The notes under the pieces: model-generated
Database searches by the model: none
What the model was told of the DNA's origin: nothing
Seen by the model: only the letters and a program-made list of their open reading frames with translations
Shown here: positions 24,883 to 38,385 of the stretch, in pieces
How the letters are laid out: every line of letters starts with the position of its first letter
How positions within the stretch are numbered: position 1 is the first letter of the stretch
Made by a program: the position numbers and the translations under genes
Origin: Negaprion brevirostris
Lineage: Eukaryota
Reading direction: 5' to 3'
Assembly (NCBI GenBank): GCA_030324005.1
Contig: JARDVH010000073.1
Coordinates: forward strand, 81,719,158-81,783,157
DNA length: 64,000 nt

Positions 24883-26069
24883 AAAAGGGCAGAAGTTACA
24901 AGCTAACTGCACAATAAAAGAATATTCATATTCCAGAATATGAATGATCTGTGCATATCTATCAAAATTATTAAATGGCTCTTTATTCTTAATAACTTAA
25001 ACCCTCTACAAATAAAAAATGTTGCAACATCAGGTCAGCTAGCACCCAAAAAGAGAATAAGATTAGTTAACATGTATTCTTTGGTCACAACGCAATATTT
25101 CCAAAAATAAAATCTGCTTCCATTGAAACAAAAGCCATCAGCAAACCATTGATAAGCTCGTCCTACATAGATAAAGTGCCCAAAATGTCTAAGTTTGGAC
25201 AGTGCGTCCTTAAACCTCCTTAGAATATCCAACCGGGTATGTGAGACTATTTTAACTCCTTTGCATAACAAGCGATAGCTGAGCCACATAAAGGTCAGTC
25301 TGTACCTAAAAGGCAGCAGTTCCCTGAGCTACTGTCTGCTAATGAACATGACAAGGACTTTTACAGCTCTGAGAATGAGAGAAAGAGAAATGCTCATTAA
25401 GACTTTGATATAAACCCCACAGGGAGCGAGAAATACATAGAGATCAAAAAAAAAAGAAACTGCATGAGAAAATCTTAAAACAACTGAAACAGATAATTCT
25501 CGAAATACCAGCATCTCAAAGAGAGAGACCAATTAATATTTTGGGTAGAGCCATTCATCAGAGAAAATACAAAAAAACATGTTAGGAATCAGCTCCTAAA
25601 TTTTCAGAATTTAAAGATTGATGCAAGCTAAACCTTTTGCTCTGAGCTCATATTCCTGAGAGGATTTAGAACACAAAATTCAAATAATTTCTTCATTGCA
25701 GTTATTTGGATGATATTCCCTCAATATTTTGCAGCCATTCTGCCTCCTCATGTCATCTGTGTTGGAGCAACAACAAATCCTTGCTGTTAGGTTGAAAGAG
25801 CAGGGATTGAAATGAGGCTCAGTAACTGGTGAAAAGAATTTCACACAGAGGGTGACCAAAAACGAAATCAGTTTGAACCTTTGTCAGCTTCCATTTAAAC
25901 GCCGGGGAATGTAAGACTGTGCACAAAACTGCTTCCAATTTGACAGCCTGATCTTCAGGATACAGCTACTGGAAATGGCAGTTCATATTGCTCTTTGAAA
26001 CTGAGTTCAGTATGCCAAACCACTAGGAATGGAGGAATATCTGGGGCACTGATTCAGGCAAGCTAGCTA

Positions 26070-26310
26070 GAATGAAAGCAAAAGATAGCAGATGCTGGAG
26101 ATCTGAAATAAAAACAGAAAATGCCAGAAAAAGTCAACAGGACCTGGTGTATGTGTGGAGAGAGAAACAGTGTTATAATTTCAAGTCAAATGATTCTTCT
26201 TCCAAACTATTCCAAAGGAGAGTCATATGGTCTTGAAACGTTAACCCTATTTCTTCTTCAAGGATCCTGCTAGACCTGCTGAGTTTTTCTAGTAGTTTCA
26301 GTTTTAATTT
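26070..26310. mobile_element. palindromic Penelope-derived repeat (second family), decayed
   Basis: AAATAAAAACAGAAAATGCCAGAAAAAGTCAACAGG.. pairs with ..CCTGCTGAGTTTTTCTAGTAGTTTCAGTTTTAATTT; decayed hammerhead-like GAGTCATATGGTCTTGAAACGTTAAC near the centre. Confidence 0.6.
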
Positions 26311-26559
26311 AAGCCGTCAAAAATCTAGGGTGCGAATTGAATGTTGCTTTGAATGGACAGTACTACAAAGCAACTTTGCCTGTTTCGGCACCTTGAAGAG
26401 CACAGTGATGTCAATATAATGATTCAACTGCAGCATAGATATTATGTATCACTGTTTACAATCAAGATCAAAGCACATTACAGAAGTCTGCATTGCAGCA
26501 GAGTGTAACAAATTCATCACAGACTATGTAAGCACTCAAATTCTTCAGTTACCTCAGTT

Positions 26560-26810
26560 GGGTGGACCTGGGTTTGATTCCTGGCTCAGATCACTGTCTG
26601 TGCAGAGTCTGCACGATGTCTGCATGTGTTTTCTCTGAATGTGCAGGTTTCTTCCCACAGTCTGAAAGATGTGCTGCTTAGGTGTATTGGCCATGCTAAA
26701 TTCAATGTATTTGGAGAGGCACGGGTGTATGACAACTTGGGGATTGTCACAGTAACTTCATTACAGTGTTAATGTAAGCCTACTTGTGACACTAATAAAT
26801 AAACTTTAAT
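26560..26810 (+). mobile_element. 5'-truncated HE1/V-type SINE with Rex1-like tail
   Basis: Central domain and TCACAGTAACTTCATT..TGTGACACTAATAAATAAAC tail. Confidence 0.85.
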
Positions 26811-27611
26811 CTTGAAAGAATTTTAAGAAGAATTCTGAGAACATTTATAAGAACTTCCCAAGCATATTAATTGCTAATAACACATCATTGCAGTACATAG
26901 CTTGATACTCTCTACACAGTTCTACCATACATACTCTTGTACGTGATCAGATTGAACTATCTACTTGTTCAGATGGACATAAAAGACTCCATTGCACCAA
27001 TCCCATACAAACAGAGCAGGAAATTTTCCCATAGTCCTGGTTTATTTGCATCTCTCAACTAATACAACAATTTTTCTCCCAACTTTCTAACTAGTTTCAG
27101 TAGAATGTACATTAAGTAGGCTGTAGAATTCCCAATGCCTTTAAAATGGTCCCAGATGGCCAAATAGAAGATTGCTTCCTCCAAGTGAAATGGCTGCATG
27201 CTTGAGTTCAGTGAGTTCATATGACAGCAAGATTCTGTATCTCAGGGGAAAGGAAAGTAATCCCATGATATTTATCCCAGATTTTTCTCTTGTACACTGA
27301 GTAACAAGAGGGGTATACTAATTACTCAGTTCTCTGCTCACAGTTCTACATTCCATATGAGTTCCAGCAAATGGGAACGATGTTAAAAAGTCCCTGTGAT
27401 TTCTGGTCAGTGCTGCTGTGCATGAAGAATGTGATTAGTTCTTTACTCAAATTGGTGCCTGTTAAAGACTTCATTGTGGATGTCACAATGCTTTACTGGC
27501 TTTCTAACTAACATTTCTCATGTGAGTTAAGTCTTACTGTTAGAATTTTTGATAAAAATCATTCCCAGATTTGTGTGAAGTCATCCCATATAAAACTTGC
27601 AGGGCTAGAAC

Positions 27612-27922
27612 AGGGTGACACAATGGCACAGTGGTTAACACTGCTGCCTCACAGCGCCAGGAACCCAGGTTCAATTCCAGCCTCAGGTTGCTGTCCGTGT
27701 GGACTTTGTACATTCTCTCTGTGTCTGCGTGGATTTCCTCTGGGTGCTTCCTCCCACAATCTAAAGATGTGCGGGTTAGGTTGATTGGCGATGCTAAATT
27801 GCCCCTTAGTGTCAGAAGGATTAACAGGGTAAATATATGGAGATATGAGGATAGGGTCTGGTTGAGATTGTAGTCAGCATGGGCCAAATGCCCTCCTTTT
27901 GCACTGTAGGGATTCTGTGATT
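27612..27922 (+). mobile_element. full-length HE1 SINE with CR1/HER1-like tail
   Basis: tRNA head, central domain, tail GGGCCAAATGCCCTCCTTTTGCACTGTAGGGATTCTGTGATTC. Confidence 0.92.
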
Positions 27923-28353
27923 CAATGGGGGTGAACATTGCAGTTTGGTTGTAACTAGAAGGATGGGGGTTGGGCAGGAAGGGGTGGTAGGAGCTGTGGG
28001 GTCAAGTGGGAAACTTTAACTGATGATTGATGCAAATTGTGATGCCAGCTGTGGGCAGGAATTTTCCACTACAATGATGCGCGGTTTCAGAAGCTCCAAG
28101 TGGACAGATGCCAACTCTGCAAACAAGTGTCTGCAGAGATCATCCTGCAACACCCACAAGAGACAACTTCATGTGTGATACATTTGCCTTCCAGAGCCAT
28201 CAAAAGCAGTGCAGCAGATTGTTTCAGCANNNNNNNNNNNNNNNNNNNNNNNNNNNNNNNNNNNNNNNNNNNNNNNNNNNNNNNNNNNNNNNNNNNNNNN
28301 NNNNNNNNNNNNNNNNNNNNNNNNNNNNNNNNNNNNNNNNNNNNNNNNNNNNN

Positions 28354-28629
28354 TGGAGGTTTCTCAGAGGGACCTCATTTTCTTACATACCAGTTGACAT
28401 TTAGTGTGAGGGATAGGTAGGCTTTCCTAGAACAGCAAGGCCATCTAGGGCTAAGTTGTTGGGCATTTGGAAATAAAACCTGGTCACCTCGAGTCTGGAA
28501 AATATTGCAATGGTATATGATTATTATGGGACCTTACTAATTACTGTATTCTGTAATAAACTTGCATTTTGACAACAGACTGGGGCCTGCACCAGAAGGA
28601 ATCATTCTACTAATTAGAGAATTTCTTAC
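28354..28629 (+). mobile_element. probable LTR 3' part (solo LTR) after a gap
   Basis: AATAAA at ~28555 followed by a U5-like stretch ending TTACA. Confidence 0.4.
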
Positions 28630-28904
28630 AGATTACTCTGACAAACAATATGAATACTTCATGTGAATGACACCTCCAGCTTTTAGCTTTGTGTTGTTTG
28701 TATTGAGAGATGATTGAACCTTGCACTTATACAACTGAGTTGATTAAATCCAGATTTGTGTCTCAGCCTTCTGCCCACAACAACACTTTCTGCCCGGCAA
28801 GAGAATCCTGCAGGAATGAAATGAGTAACATATTGACATATAAAAGGGTCTTTCAAGTCATCCAGTCAGCAGAAGCTTAGTGAGTGCAAAACCTTAGAGT
28901 CATA

Positions 28905-29045
28905 GTTGGGATTTTCATGCCCACTACTGCTGTAAGGATTGCGAATTTATCGCTCAGTTAAATCTCTGTTCACTTCAATGATACCAAAAAATCCCGCCGG
29001 TGTGATGGTCATAAAATTCTGCCAATAGAATTTTACACCACAAAA
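28905..29045. mobile_element. short Harbinger-type MITE
   Basis: Termini G(T)TGGGATTTT...AAAATTCTGCC; related short elements at ~7866, 12335, 23440, 24406, 45850, 52165 and 54095. Confidence 0.6.
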
Positions 29046-29699
29046 AAAGGCCCTTTCGCCCATCATATCTGCACTAGCCATCACGCACCTACCTAGTCTC
29101 ATCTGATCTCTCAGCAATACGGTCATAAGCCAGAATCTCACCACCAGTCACGTCGGCAGGATTTTTCCATCCATTTACAGTGCATGGAGATTTGGTTGAC
29201 TACCAAATTCTTTGACCTCACTACAGCTGGAGCGTGGTGTGAACAACAGGTAAGATCATGCCCTTACAGTTTTACATTTACCTCCCTTTCCTGTCCTTTA
29301 GCGAAACTTCCAGATGTTGTTGCATCTTTGAGCAGAAGGCTAATAATGAGCAGCAGTGGGGACTGTAAGTGGCACTATATCATTGTGGAGTAGGCATCCT
29401 AATCAATTCAGTACTAGACTCACAGCAAATGTTCTATCCTCCGGCACTGACAGTGCTACACAAGAATGCATAATAAGCCTTAGTATTCTGTTTGATAAAC
29501 AGGGATTCTATGCAATTCATATAGTTCACATTGTCAATGACCTCTTAGCTCTTAGATTGCTGGAGTAGTACACATTCCAATCAGATAGCTCAATCAGTGG
29601 TATAACCAATGTTTTAACTCCTAGTCTATTGAGCAGGAGGTCTCCACAGTTAAACATTGAATACCATAGCAACATGCATTTAATAGAGTCAATGTCTCC

Positions 29700-30370
29700 G
29701 CAGAATTATTATAGAGTTATACAGCATAGAAGGAGGCCATTCAGCCCTATTTATCTGTGTCAGCTCTTTGACAAAGCTATCCAATTATCAGCTATCTCTT
29801 AGTCATTCCACATAACCCATAACATTTCGATTTCATACTAGCTCCCGATGAAATTTTCGATTGAATCTGCTTTGAACATAACAACATAACAAATAGGAGC
29901 AGGAGTAGGCCATCTAGCCCCTTGAGCCTGCCCCGCCATTCAATAAGATCATGGCTGATCTGTCGTGNNNNNNNNNNNNNNNNNNNNNNNNNNNNNNNNN
30001 NNNNNNNNNNNNNNNNNNNNNNNNNNNNNNNNNNNNNNNNNNNNNNNNNNNNNNNNNNNNNNNNNNNGGAAGAGCCTCTCCACCTCTATCCTATCCATCC
30101 CATTCATCATCTTATATGTCTCAATGAGATCTCCCCTCATTCAGGCAGAACATTCCAGATCATAACAACTCACTGCATAGAAAGAATTATTCTGATCTTC
30201 TCTTTGGTTCTTTTAATAATCCTTTGCATTTAAGTCTACCATCCTTCTTGCTAGCGGAACATTTTGCTTCTTAATTCCTCTTGTCAAAACCTTTCATAAT
30301 CTAAGGAGAACAATCCCATTTTTTCTACTCTCTCTACATAATTGAAGTCCCTTATCAATAGAACCACACA
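29700..30370 (-). mobile_element. old CR1 3' end with a nested young CR1 (29875-30140, gapped)
   Basis: MRGDLIETYKMMNGMDRIEVERLF and the young tail ACATAACAAATAGGAGCAGGAGTAGGCC. Confidence 0.8.
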
Positions 30371-31714
30371 AGATAAATCCTCTCCAGGTAAATATTAATC
30401 ATCATTAACATTTCATTATCAGGATATCTTTTTGGTATATGCAAATATTAAAATTTTTGATTTAAAATATTGGATTTTAAAGTTTATGGATTTAAACCCA
30501 GCTGTGATGCACAAGTTTTTTGTGGTTCATTCATTGTTTTGTTCCATTATGTTCTATAGATTGAATAAAACCTGCGTGATGACAATAAACATGACAGTTC
30601 TTCTTTGTTGCTGTGGACAAACCAAATTGAATTTCACACTTGAAGGCACCTGGATTGGACAATTCTGATCTGTTTCTGAATAACTGAAATTGGGCCAATG
30701 CAGTTCATCTCATGTTTGGTAGCAATGATGTACAGAGCTATACAATATCCCTTGGCACGCATGGTGCCAGTTTCAGTATCTGCCAAAGTGTTCAGTGGAA
30801 AAAAAATCAAACTCTCAGCATCCGTCTAAGTGAAGAACAGGCATGTTGCCATGTTTGGTTTCTGCCACAGGGGAGAATGGCCAGAGTATGATTTTATACA
30901 GAAGGTGCAGGTGCAATGCCAAATTCTACCAGAATGTTAGCACCATTAGGTATGGTTTCAGGAAATAAGTTGCTTCGGACTCCCATATTGTGGAACAAAA
31001 CACATTTAAAAGAGAATTGTGGATACTGACAACACTACAAATGAAACAAATGGTGTACAATTGCATCCTTTGTGTTATTAACACCTTCCTTTAAATATTA
31101 CGGATTTGTATCTCTTACAACTCTTGTATTTCCTATCCTTGGTGCACAGAGACATTAAGCCTAATAATAATTCCAAGGCATGTTCTGTGTTGTGGGATGT
31201 GAAACAGGTGGGAAATCTGAGCGATACTTCATCCACATTGCTCTATGATATAGTAACAGTGTTCATTAGAATGTTACTTCTGGGTTTGGTGTTGAAAACA
31301 GAACCGTCAATGTGGCATAGGTGGTATGATGCAATCTCAACTGATGTATTTAAAGGACAGAGTTTGGAGGAGTTTGGTNNNNNNNNNNGGCTTGTTAAAG
31401 TATGTGGTGCAGTTTAATGCTGACTCACTTGATGTTGTATTGGGTGCAGTGAGGAGTATGATAGGAGGAAAAAATCTGCTGCTATTACAAAGTGTGGTTG
31501 TTGGTGGCTGAGAAGGTCAACAGCAGAAATATTGTGCTGCATCCCTGTATTCAGTGCAGGAAGTGCATTAATTGCCTAGCCAGATAGGAAAGGTAAATAC
31601 AGATTCACACTGTCTGTACTTCACCCTCCCTTACTCTGCATTATTAAAGCTACTTGATCACATAACTCCTTATTTGCCTTCTAAGTGCATCCACCCTCGT
31701 ATTATATTATGACC

Positions 31715-32260
31715 CAGGCCCTTTGGCCCAACTTGTCCATGCCCCCCCCTTTNNNNNNNNNNNNNNNNNNNNNNNNNNNNNNNNNNNNNNNNNNNNNNNN
31801 NNNNNNNNNNNNNNNNNNNNNNNNNNNNNNNNNNNNNNNNNNNNNNNNNNNNNNNNNNNNNNNNNNNNNNNNNNNNNNNNNNNNNNNNNNNNNNNNNNNN
31901 NNNNNNNNNNNNNNNNNNNNNNNNNNNNNNNNNNNNNNNNNNNNNNNNNNNNNNNNNNNNNNNNNNNNNNNNNNNNNNNNNNNNNNNNNNNNNNNNNNNN
32001 NNNNNNNNNNNNNNNACCTATGCCCTTTAGTTTTAGACTCTCCTACCTTTGGGAAAAGATAATGACTATCTACCTGATCTGTGCCCCTCATCATTTTATA
32101 GACCTTTATTAGATCATCTCTCCACCTCCTACGCTCCAGAGTCTATCCAACCTTTCCTTATGACTCAAACCATCAAGTCCCGGTAGCATCCTAGTAAATC
32201 TTTTCTGCACTCTTTCTAGTTTAATAATTTTTTTTTCTATAATAGGGTGACCAGACTGTT
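31715..32260 (-). mobile_element. CR1 (HER1-like) 3' end, gapped
   Basis: MMRGTDQVDSHYLFPKVGESKTKGHR; same subfamily as 1561-2022. Confidence 0.9.
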
Positions 32261-32759
32261 AACTGTTAGAAAAGAGATGTGAATTTCCTATTGACTGACC
32301 CTTAGGATCACATGACTTGATTCCATGTTTTGAGCCTTTAATTGTAAGAGTTGGATTTTACATTGTGCCCACAGTAACATCACCAACCCCCAAACCCAAA
32401 CCCAGTTAAATAGTCAGTGGCAACCCACACATGATGAAAATGGCTGGCCTGCTACCAATTGAGTAGTAGTTAATAGGCTGGAAGTGGGACTTCTGCCTCT
32501 CAGGGACAGGAAGTCCTGCCTCAGAAAGCTGTTGGTCAATCAGATGGCAGCAGCTCTGTTAGCAGCAGTAGTCACTGCTGGGATTACAGACATTCCCCAG
32601 TGGAGATCATTGTTTGGGCCAAAAATCAAGTTAAGCCAGGGGTCATGCAAGCTGGTACAGGTGAGAGGTGGGGTAAGGTGGTGAAAAGGGTGAGGGACTG
32701 AGGGGGTGGCAAAGGAGGAAAGGGGGAAATTGGTCTTGGGGTGTGTACGTTTTATGTTT

Positions 32760-33052
32760 ATTTTATTGATATCACAAGTAGGCTTACATGAACACTGCAA
32801 TGATGATAGTGTAAAAATCCCCTAGTCGCCACACTCCAGCGTCTGTTCGGGTACACTGAGGGAGAATTTATCATGGCCAGTGCACCTAATCTGCACATCT
32901 TTTGGATTGTGGGAGGGCACTGGAGTACTTGGAGGAAACCTACGCAGACAAGGGGAGAATGTGCAGATTCCGCATAGACAGTGACTCAAGCTTGAAATCG
33001 AACTGAGGTCCCCGGTGCTGTGAGGCAGCAGTGTTAACCACTGTGTCACCGT
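32760..33052 (-). mobile_element. HE1/V-type SINE with Rex1-like tail, nested in a Harbinger-type MITE (~32347-33340)
   Basis: SINE motifs; flanking termini GAGTTGGATTTTAC and GTGAAATCCAGCCC. Confidence 0.85.
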
Positions 33053-33659
33053 GTAGACGCTTGTGCCTCCTGCAATAGCAGTCCCTCCCCCATCCAGCCC
33101 AGTTTAAGCTCCTGGGCTACTCGATTAGTTTAATTCTCACCTGGTGTGGGCAAACTGGCAGCAAGGATATGGTGAAACCCTTAAGTGGCCATGAATTGCT
33201 CTGCTGACACCTCCACTGCCCCCTGTAAAATTTCATATTGTTGGGTGCAGGCAGGTACTTTGTGGGAGAGACACACATTATATTTTACGAGCTTGCCTGC
33301 TTTTAAATTCCTTGGCTGGAGAATGTGAAATCCAGCCCAAAGAAAATAAAATCGACGCTGACTAAACATTACATCTTACAACATCTTAACACAAGTAAAA
33401 ACACCACATTACATTTACACATTGTAAGATATCAGGGTTTTGAGATGTAAAAGCCCTTAAATTATAGGCTATAAGGTCCGAATTCCTAATTTCCAACACC
33501 AGACTTTCAGTTGTAATGTTGGTCTGCTCAAGAGACAATGGACAGTCAAGTCAGTTGGGGTTACTTTATGAGAAACTACAGGCTATTTATGAGAAACTAC
33601 ACTTAATTGTTTTACTTATAAAGTTGCTGAGAGTCTTGAGTTTGAGCAGCCATTTCAGA

Positions 33660-33920
33660 TAAGGAGTCAGACATTAGATCTGAGTTAGGGAGAAACCTTT
33701 CATTTCAAAGGCTTTTGAATTTTTGGAATTCCCTATCCTAGAGTGCTGTAGATGCACAGTTATCCAGCATTTTCAAGACACAGGTTGATAGATTTTTGGT
33801 TACTAATGGAATTATGGGATATGGGGATAGTGCAGGGAGGTTGAATTGAGGTAGGTCAGCCATGACACTGCTAAATATTTGAGTAGACTGAGAGAGATAA
33901 ATGGCCTACTCCAGCTCTTT
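33660..33920 (+). mobile_element. CR1 3' end
   Basis: TTTTGGAATTCCCTATCC..TTCAAGACACAGGTTGATAGATTTTTG..ATGGCCTACTCC. Confidence 0.85.
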
Positions 33921-34084
33921 ATAGTTCAGCATCTAGGGAATTCTAGAAAATCAAAACCAATACATCCATTTTCCTACTGATATGTCTTAAAATCCTGAGA
34001 TGTAAATCATCAGATCCAACTTAGATTTTTTTTTCTGATTAAATTGAAAGTGACCTGATGGAGACAGGGATTGGATTTGTTCGC

Positions 34085-35400
34085 CTTATTGATTTGATTT
34101 GATTTATTATTGTCACATGTATTAGTGTACAGTGAAAAGTATTGTTTCCTGCGCATTATGCAGACAAAGCATTCTGTTCATAGAGAAGGAAAGGAGAGAG
34201 GGCAGAATCTAGTGTTACAGTCGTAGCTATGGTGTAGAGAAAGGTCAACTTAATGCGAGATAGGTCCAATCAAAAGTCTGATGGCAGCAGGGAAGAAGCT
34301 GTTTTTGAGTCGGTTGGTACATAATCTCAGACCTTTGTATCTTTTTCCTGATGGGAAAGGTGGGAAAGAATATGTCCGGGGTGCATGGGGTCCTTAATTT
34401 TGCTAACTGCTTTCCTGAGGCAGCAGGAAGCATAGACAGAGTCAATGGATGGGAGGCTGCTTTGAGTAATGGACTGGGTTTCATTCATGATCCTTTGTAG
34501 TTTCTTGTGGCCTTGGACAGAGCAGGAGCCATAACAAGCTGTGATATAAACAATGCTTTCTATGGTAGAAGTTGGTGAGAGTTGCAGTGGATATGCCAAC
34601 TTTCCTTAGTCTCCTGAGAAAGTAGAGGCTTTGGTGGGCTTTCTTAACTATAGCATCCGCATGGAGGAATCAGGACACGTTGTTGGTGGTCTGGNNNNNN
34701 NNNNNNNNNNNNNNNNNNNNNNNNNNNNNNNNNNNNNNNNNNNNNNNNNNNNNNNNNNNNNNNNNNNNNNNNNNNNNNNNNNNNNNNNNNNNNNNNNNNN
34801 NNNNNNNNNNNNNNNNNNNNNNNNNNNNNNNNNNNNNNNNNNNNNNNNNNNNNNNNNNNNGACCTTGAGACAGCGATTATTGTCATCACATCAATACACC
34901 AGATTCTCTATCTCTTTTCTACACTGTGTCTCATCATTGTTTGGGATCCAACCCACAACTGTGGTGCCATCAGCAAACTTGAAGGGGAGGGGAATTTGTC
35001 CACACAGTCATGGGTATATAAGAATTATAGTAAGGGGCTGAGGACACAGCCTTGTGCAGCATTGGAGTCGGGGGTGATCATGGAAGATATGTTGTTGCCT
35101 ATCCTTACTGACTGTGGTCTGTGGGTTAGGACGTCTAGGATTCACTTGCAGAGGTAGAAGCTGAGCTCCAGGCCACAAAGTTGAGTGATGAGTCTCATCA
35201 AAATAATGGTGTTAAAGGGTGAGCTGTAGTCTATGAATAAGAATCTGACGTAGGTATCTTTGTTATCAAGAGTTTCAGGGTTGAGCGTTGGACCAGGGAG
35301 ATGACATCTGCTGTGGACCTGTTGCAATGATGGTCAAACTAAAGTGGATCCAGACAGTCTGGTAGGCAGGAATTGATTTGTGCCATGAATTACCTGCGGA
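34085..35400 (-). mobile_element. Rex1/Babar-type LINE, 3' portion
   Basis: [23 protein letters not shown]; TIESI..ITACYGSCS..KKLQRIMN..KIKDPMHPGH; 3' tail TGTGACAATAATAAA(TCAAA)n. Confidence 0.9.
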
Positions 35401-35687
35401 ATTTTCTACTTCAATAGCTAATGTCAGTGATGTAGTTGTCTCACTAAACTGAAACAACTTGGTAGAGGTGCAACTAGTCCTGGAGCTTCAGCGCTATAGA
35501 CTGGATTTTGGCAGAGCCCACAGTTTTTGCTGTACCAAGTGCATTCAGCCATTTCTTGGTATCATGGGGATTAGCTGAAAGTTGGCATTTGTGATGGTAG
35601 GAACTTCATGATGAGGCCAATATGAATAATTCATTCACCACCTCCGGCTGTGAATGCTTCAGCTGTATATTTTGCATTCATGGAATT

Positions 35688-36010
35688 ACAGAATCGTAGA
35701 ATCCCTACAGTGCAGAAGGAGGTCATTCGGCCCATCGAGCCTGCACCGATTACAATCCCACCCCAACCCTATCCTCACATCCCCACACATTTTCCCTGCT
35801 AATCTTCCTGATGCTAGGGTCAATTCAGCATAGCCAATCAACCTAACCTGCACACCTTTAGACTGTGGGAGGAATCTGGAACAGCCGGAGGAAACCCATG
35901 CAGACAGGGGAGAATGTGAAAACTCCACACAGACAGTGACTCGAGGCTGGAATTGAACCCGGGTAGCTGGCGCTGTGAGGCAGCAGTGTTAACCACTCTG
36001 CCATCGTGCC
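35688..36010 (-). mobile_element. full-length HE1 SINE with CR1-like tail
   Basis: Reverse-strand head GGCACGATGGCAGAGTGGTTAACACTGCTGCCTCACAGCGCC and GGGATTCTACGATTC tail. Confidence 0.92.
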
Positions 36011-36011
36011 A

Positions 36012-36730
36012 CCCATGGGTATTGGTGGAGTCATGTACTGGACTCCACCACCATTAAGGATGGGATTGTTCATGGAGCTTCCTCTTCCTTTTTAATCTTC
36101 TGCCCCCATACAGGACTGGATGTGACAGGACTGCAAACCCTGCCATCTGATCTATTGGCTGTGGAATTGCAAAACTGTGCACGTAACATGCTACACCTGC
36201 TGGTTACCATGCATATGTTTTAGCTTTACAAGGTTGGCACTTTATTTTCGAGTATGCCTGTTGCTGCTCCTGTCCTGCTCTTCTCAATTCTTCATTGAAC
36301 CAATATTGATTTTCTTGATGGTAGATTGAGGGATTTGCATCACACATATGAGGCCACACATTGTAGTGGAATACAATTCTGCTGCATCTGATTGCACACA
36401 ATTCCTTAACAATGCCCAGTTTCAGAGCTGCTGGATCTGTTTTGAATGCATTCCCTTTAGCACAGTTGGATTGTGTAGTCAACAATTGTGCTATACAGTA
36501 TTGGAAAGTGGCATTTAGGATGGATTGGTTCAGACAAAGCAAAGCATATTTCTCATTCATTTTGGTTCTCCCAGGACCTGATATCAAACCAATTTAGCAG
36601 CTATTTGCTTTAGCACTTGGCTTGCAGTAGTGTTACTGAGCCACTCTTAGTGATGGGCATAGAAGACCCTGACCAAAGTACATTCTATGTCCTTGCCACT
36701 CTCAATGCTTCTTCTGAGTGGTATTCAACA
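36012..36730 (-). mobile_element. ancient CR1-clade LINE ORF2 fragment (endonuclease region)
   Basis: Reverse translation VEYHSEEALRVART.NVLW and WFNEELRRAGQEQQQAYSKIKCQP; extends leftwards to ~35400. Confidence 0.65.
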
Positions 36731-38385
36731 TATCTGCAACAATGTCAGTTTATAAGATCTGTGATTTTTTTTCTCTGCTGTATTGCATGGTGCGAAGGAT
36801 TTTCCATCATGCTATTTACAGCTTGAAACATTTTGGACCAAGTGATTGTTATTATGTATTAAACTGGGGGTCTAGCCTAGACAATGGACAGAACTTTGGG
36901 TGTTGTTTAAAGAAATGTCTTCTCTTTAATTCTAACCAGCTCCAGTTCTAGTTCGATTTGCTTAAATACAGAATATTACCATTAGTACCGATTTAAACTC
37001 AGTTAAGGGGACCGATGACCAAGAAAAAAGATGATTTGTCATTTCTCAGACTTCTTGACATATAGATATTCAGCAGCAAGCACTGATAACATTATGAGGG
37101 GAGATATACTAGGAAGAGTTACTGAACCCTGCAATTCTGGACGATCATTATATAATCAGTGCAGATGGTCAATTACCCAGAGAGTTTCAGTGTTCTTGTT
37201 ATTTCTACTGTATATGTTAATTTATCTCCCACATACTGTGGGTTTCAGGAACTCCTCTGAGCCAGTGATTTTGATGATACTTCCTTAATGGTCAAGCTTT
37301 ATTTGTAAATTCTGCCTGTCTCTCTCTCTCAAAGTTAAATAGTGAACCAGGCCCGAAGGGTTGAATTGCCTACTCCCAATCTTAATTCCTATGTTCCTAT
37401 GTTTAGTAGGTTAACACAGTTTGGAGGGGACTTACGCTCTTAGCTTTACACTTTCACCCTGTCTTCTAGATTTGCTTCACTATGTTCACTCTGCAAATTC
37501 CCCTCTTTCCATCCACATGAAGTTCAGTACAATTCTATGGGTGATGACACATAAGGAACGTAGAAGCAGCAATAGACCAGGCAGCAATTCTTCATACGTT
37601 AACATGTACAATCAATGTCACAAGACTATTTTCAGTGGGCTTCATAGTTGAGCTAAATCCAGTTCTCACCCAGGATCTACACGTGAATTTTTGAACAGGA
37701 TTGCTGTATTGCAATCAGAAAGTGTGAATCCCAACCAGTTGTTTTTCACCTTTCCTAGCCTTTGTGTGAACGAATTTTCCCCTTATTGCCCCACATGAGA
37801 TTTGCAAATACAGCATCAATTGCAGATTGAACCTGGCATCACTTGATTCTCATCACTTGATCACTAGCTGAATCTAAAGCAAAACTTGAATTCAAAGGAA
37901 TTGAAGCAGATGAAAGACCTGAATTTTCCATGCTGCAAACAATAATCGCTGAAGTGTTTAATATTATTAAAATCATCATAATTGCCTATGTATCCATCAC
38001 AGGGAGCAGAATATTGATGGTTAAGCAATGATTTAATTTGTATGTTCCTGGCTGAGAGGTAAAGCAGGAACAGCCAAGAACATGGTTACGACAACACTGA
38101 TCTGAACAGTAATAGACAGCTTGCAATCTTGGAAAACTAATGGGTTCTTTTCAATTTTAATCAAAGCCAATTACATTCGCAAGATAAATACAGATGAGGG
38201 AGGTCATGTGGCCTATCTTAGCTTATTCATTAAGGAAAAGAATGTTCAGACCACTTAATATAGCATTAGTTTTGTAGAAATATTAGGTATAACATCCATT
38301 GCTCCATCTGGAATTGCTGATTACTCTTCATGAAAAGTTTCTTCCCAGCTTTCCTTATAAATTGATTTTTTACTGTTTGTTACCA

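Noticed and set aside
24924-24946. Short palindrome ATTCATATTC-CA-GAATATGAAT (and TATACTATATATAGTATA at ~13233)
   Set aside because: AT-rich and short; plausible by chance or slippage
25035-25289. 84-aa ORF in non-repeat DNA
   Set aside because: No recognisable homology, GTG start, length expected by chance
27612-27690. tRNA-like sequences at SINE heads
   Set aside because: A/B boxes only; they continue into SINE bodies and do not form a complete cloverleaf
33565-33601. Small tandem duplication TTTATGAGAAACTACA
   Set aside because: Ordinary micro-duplication with no further structure
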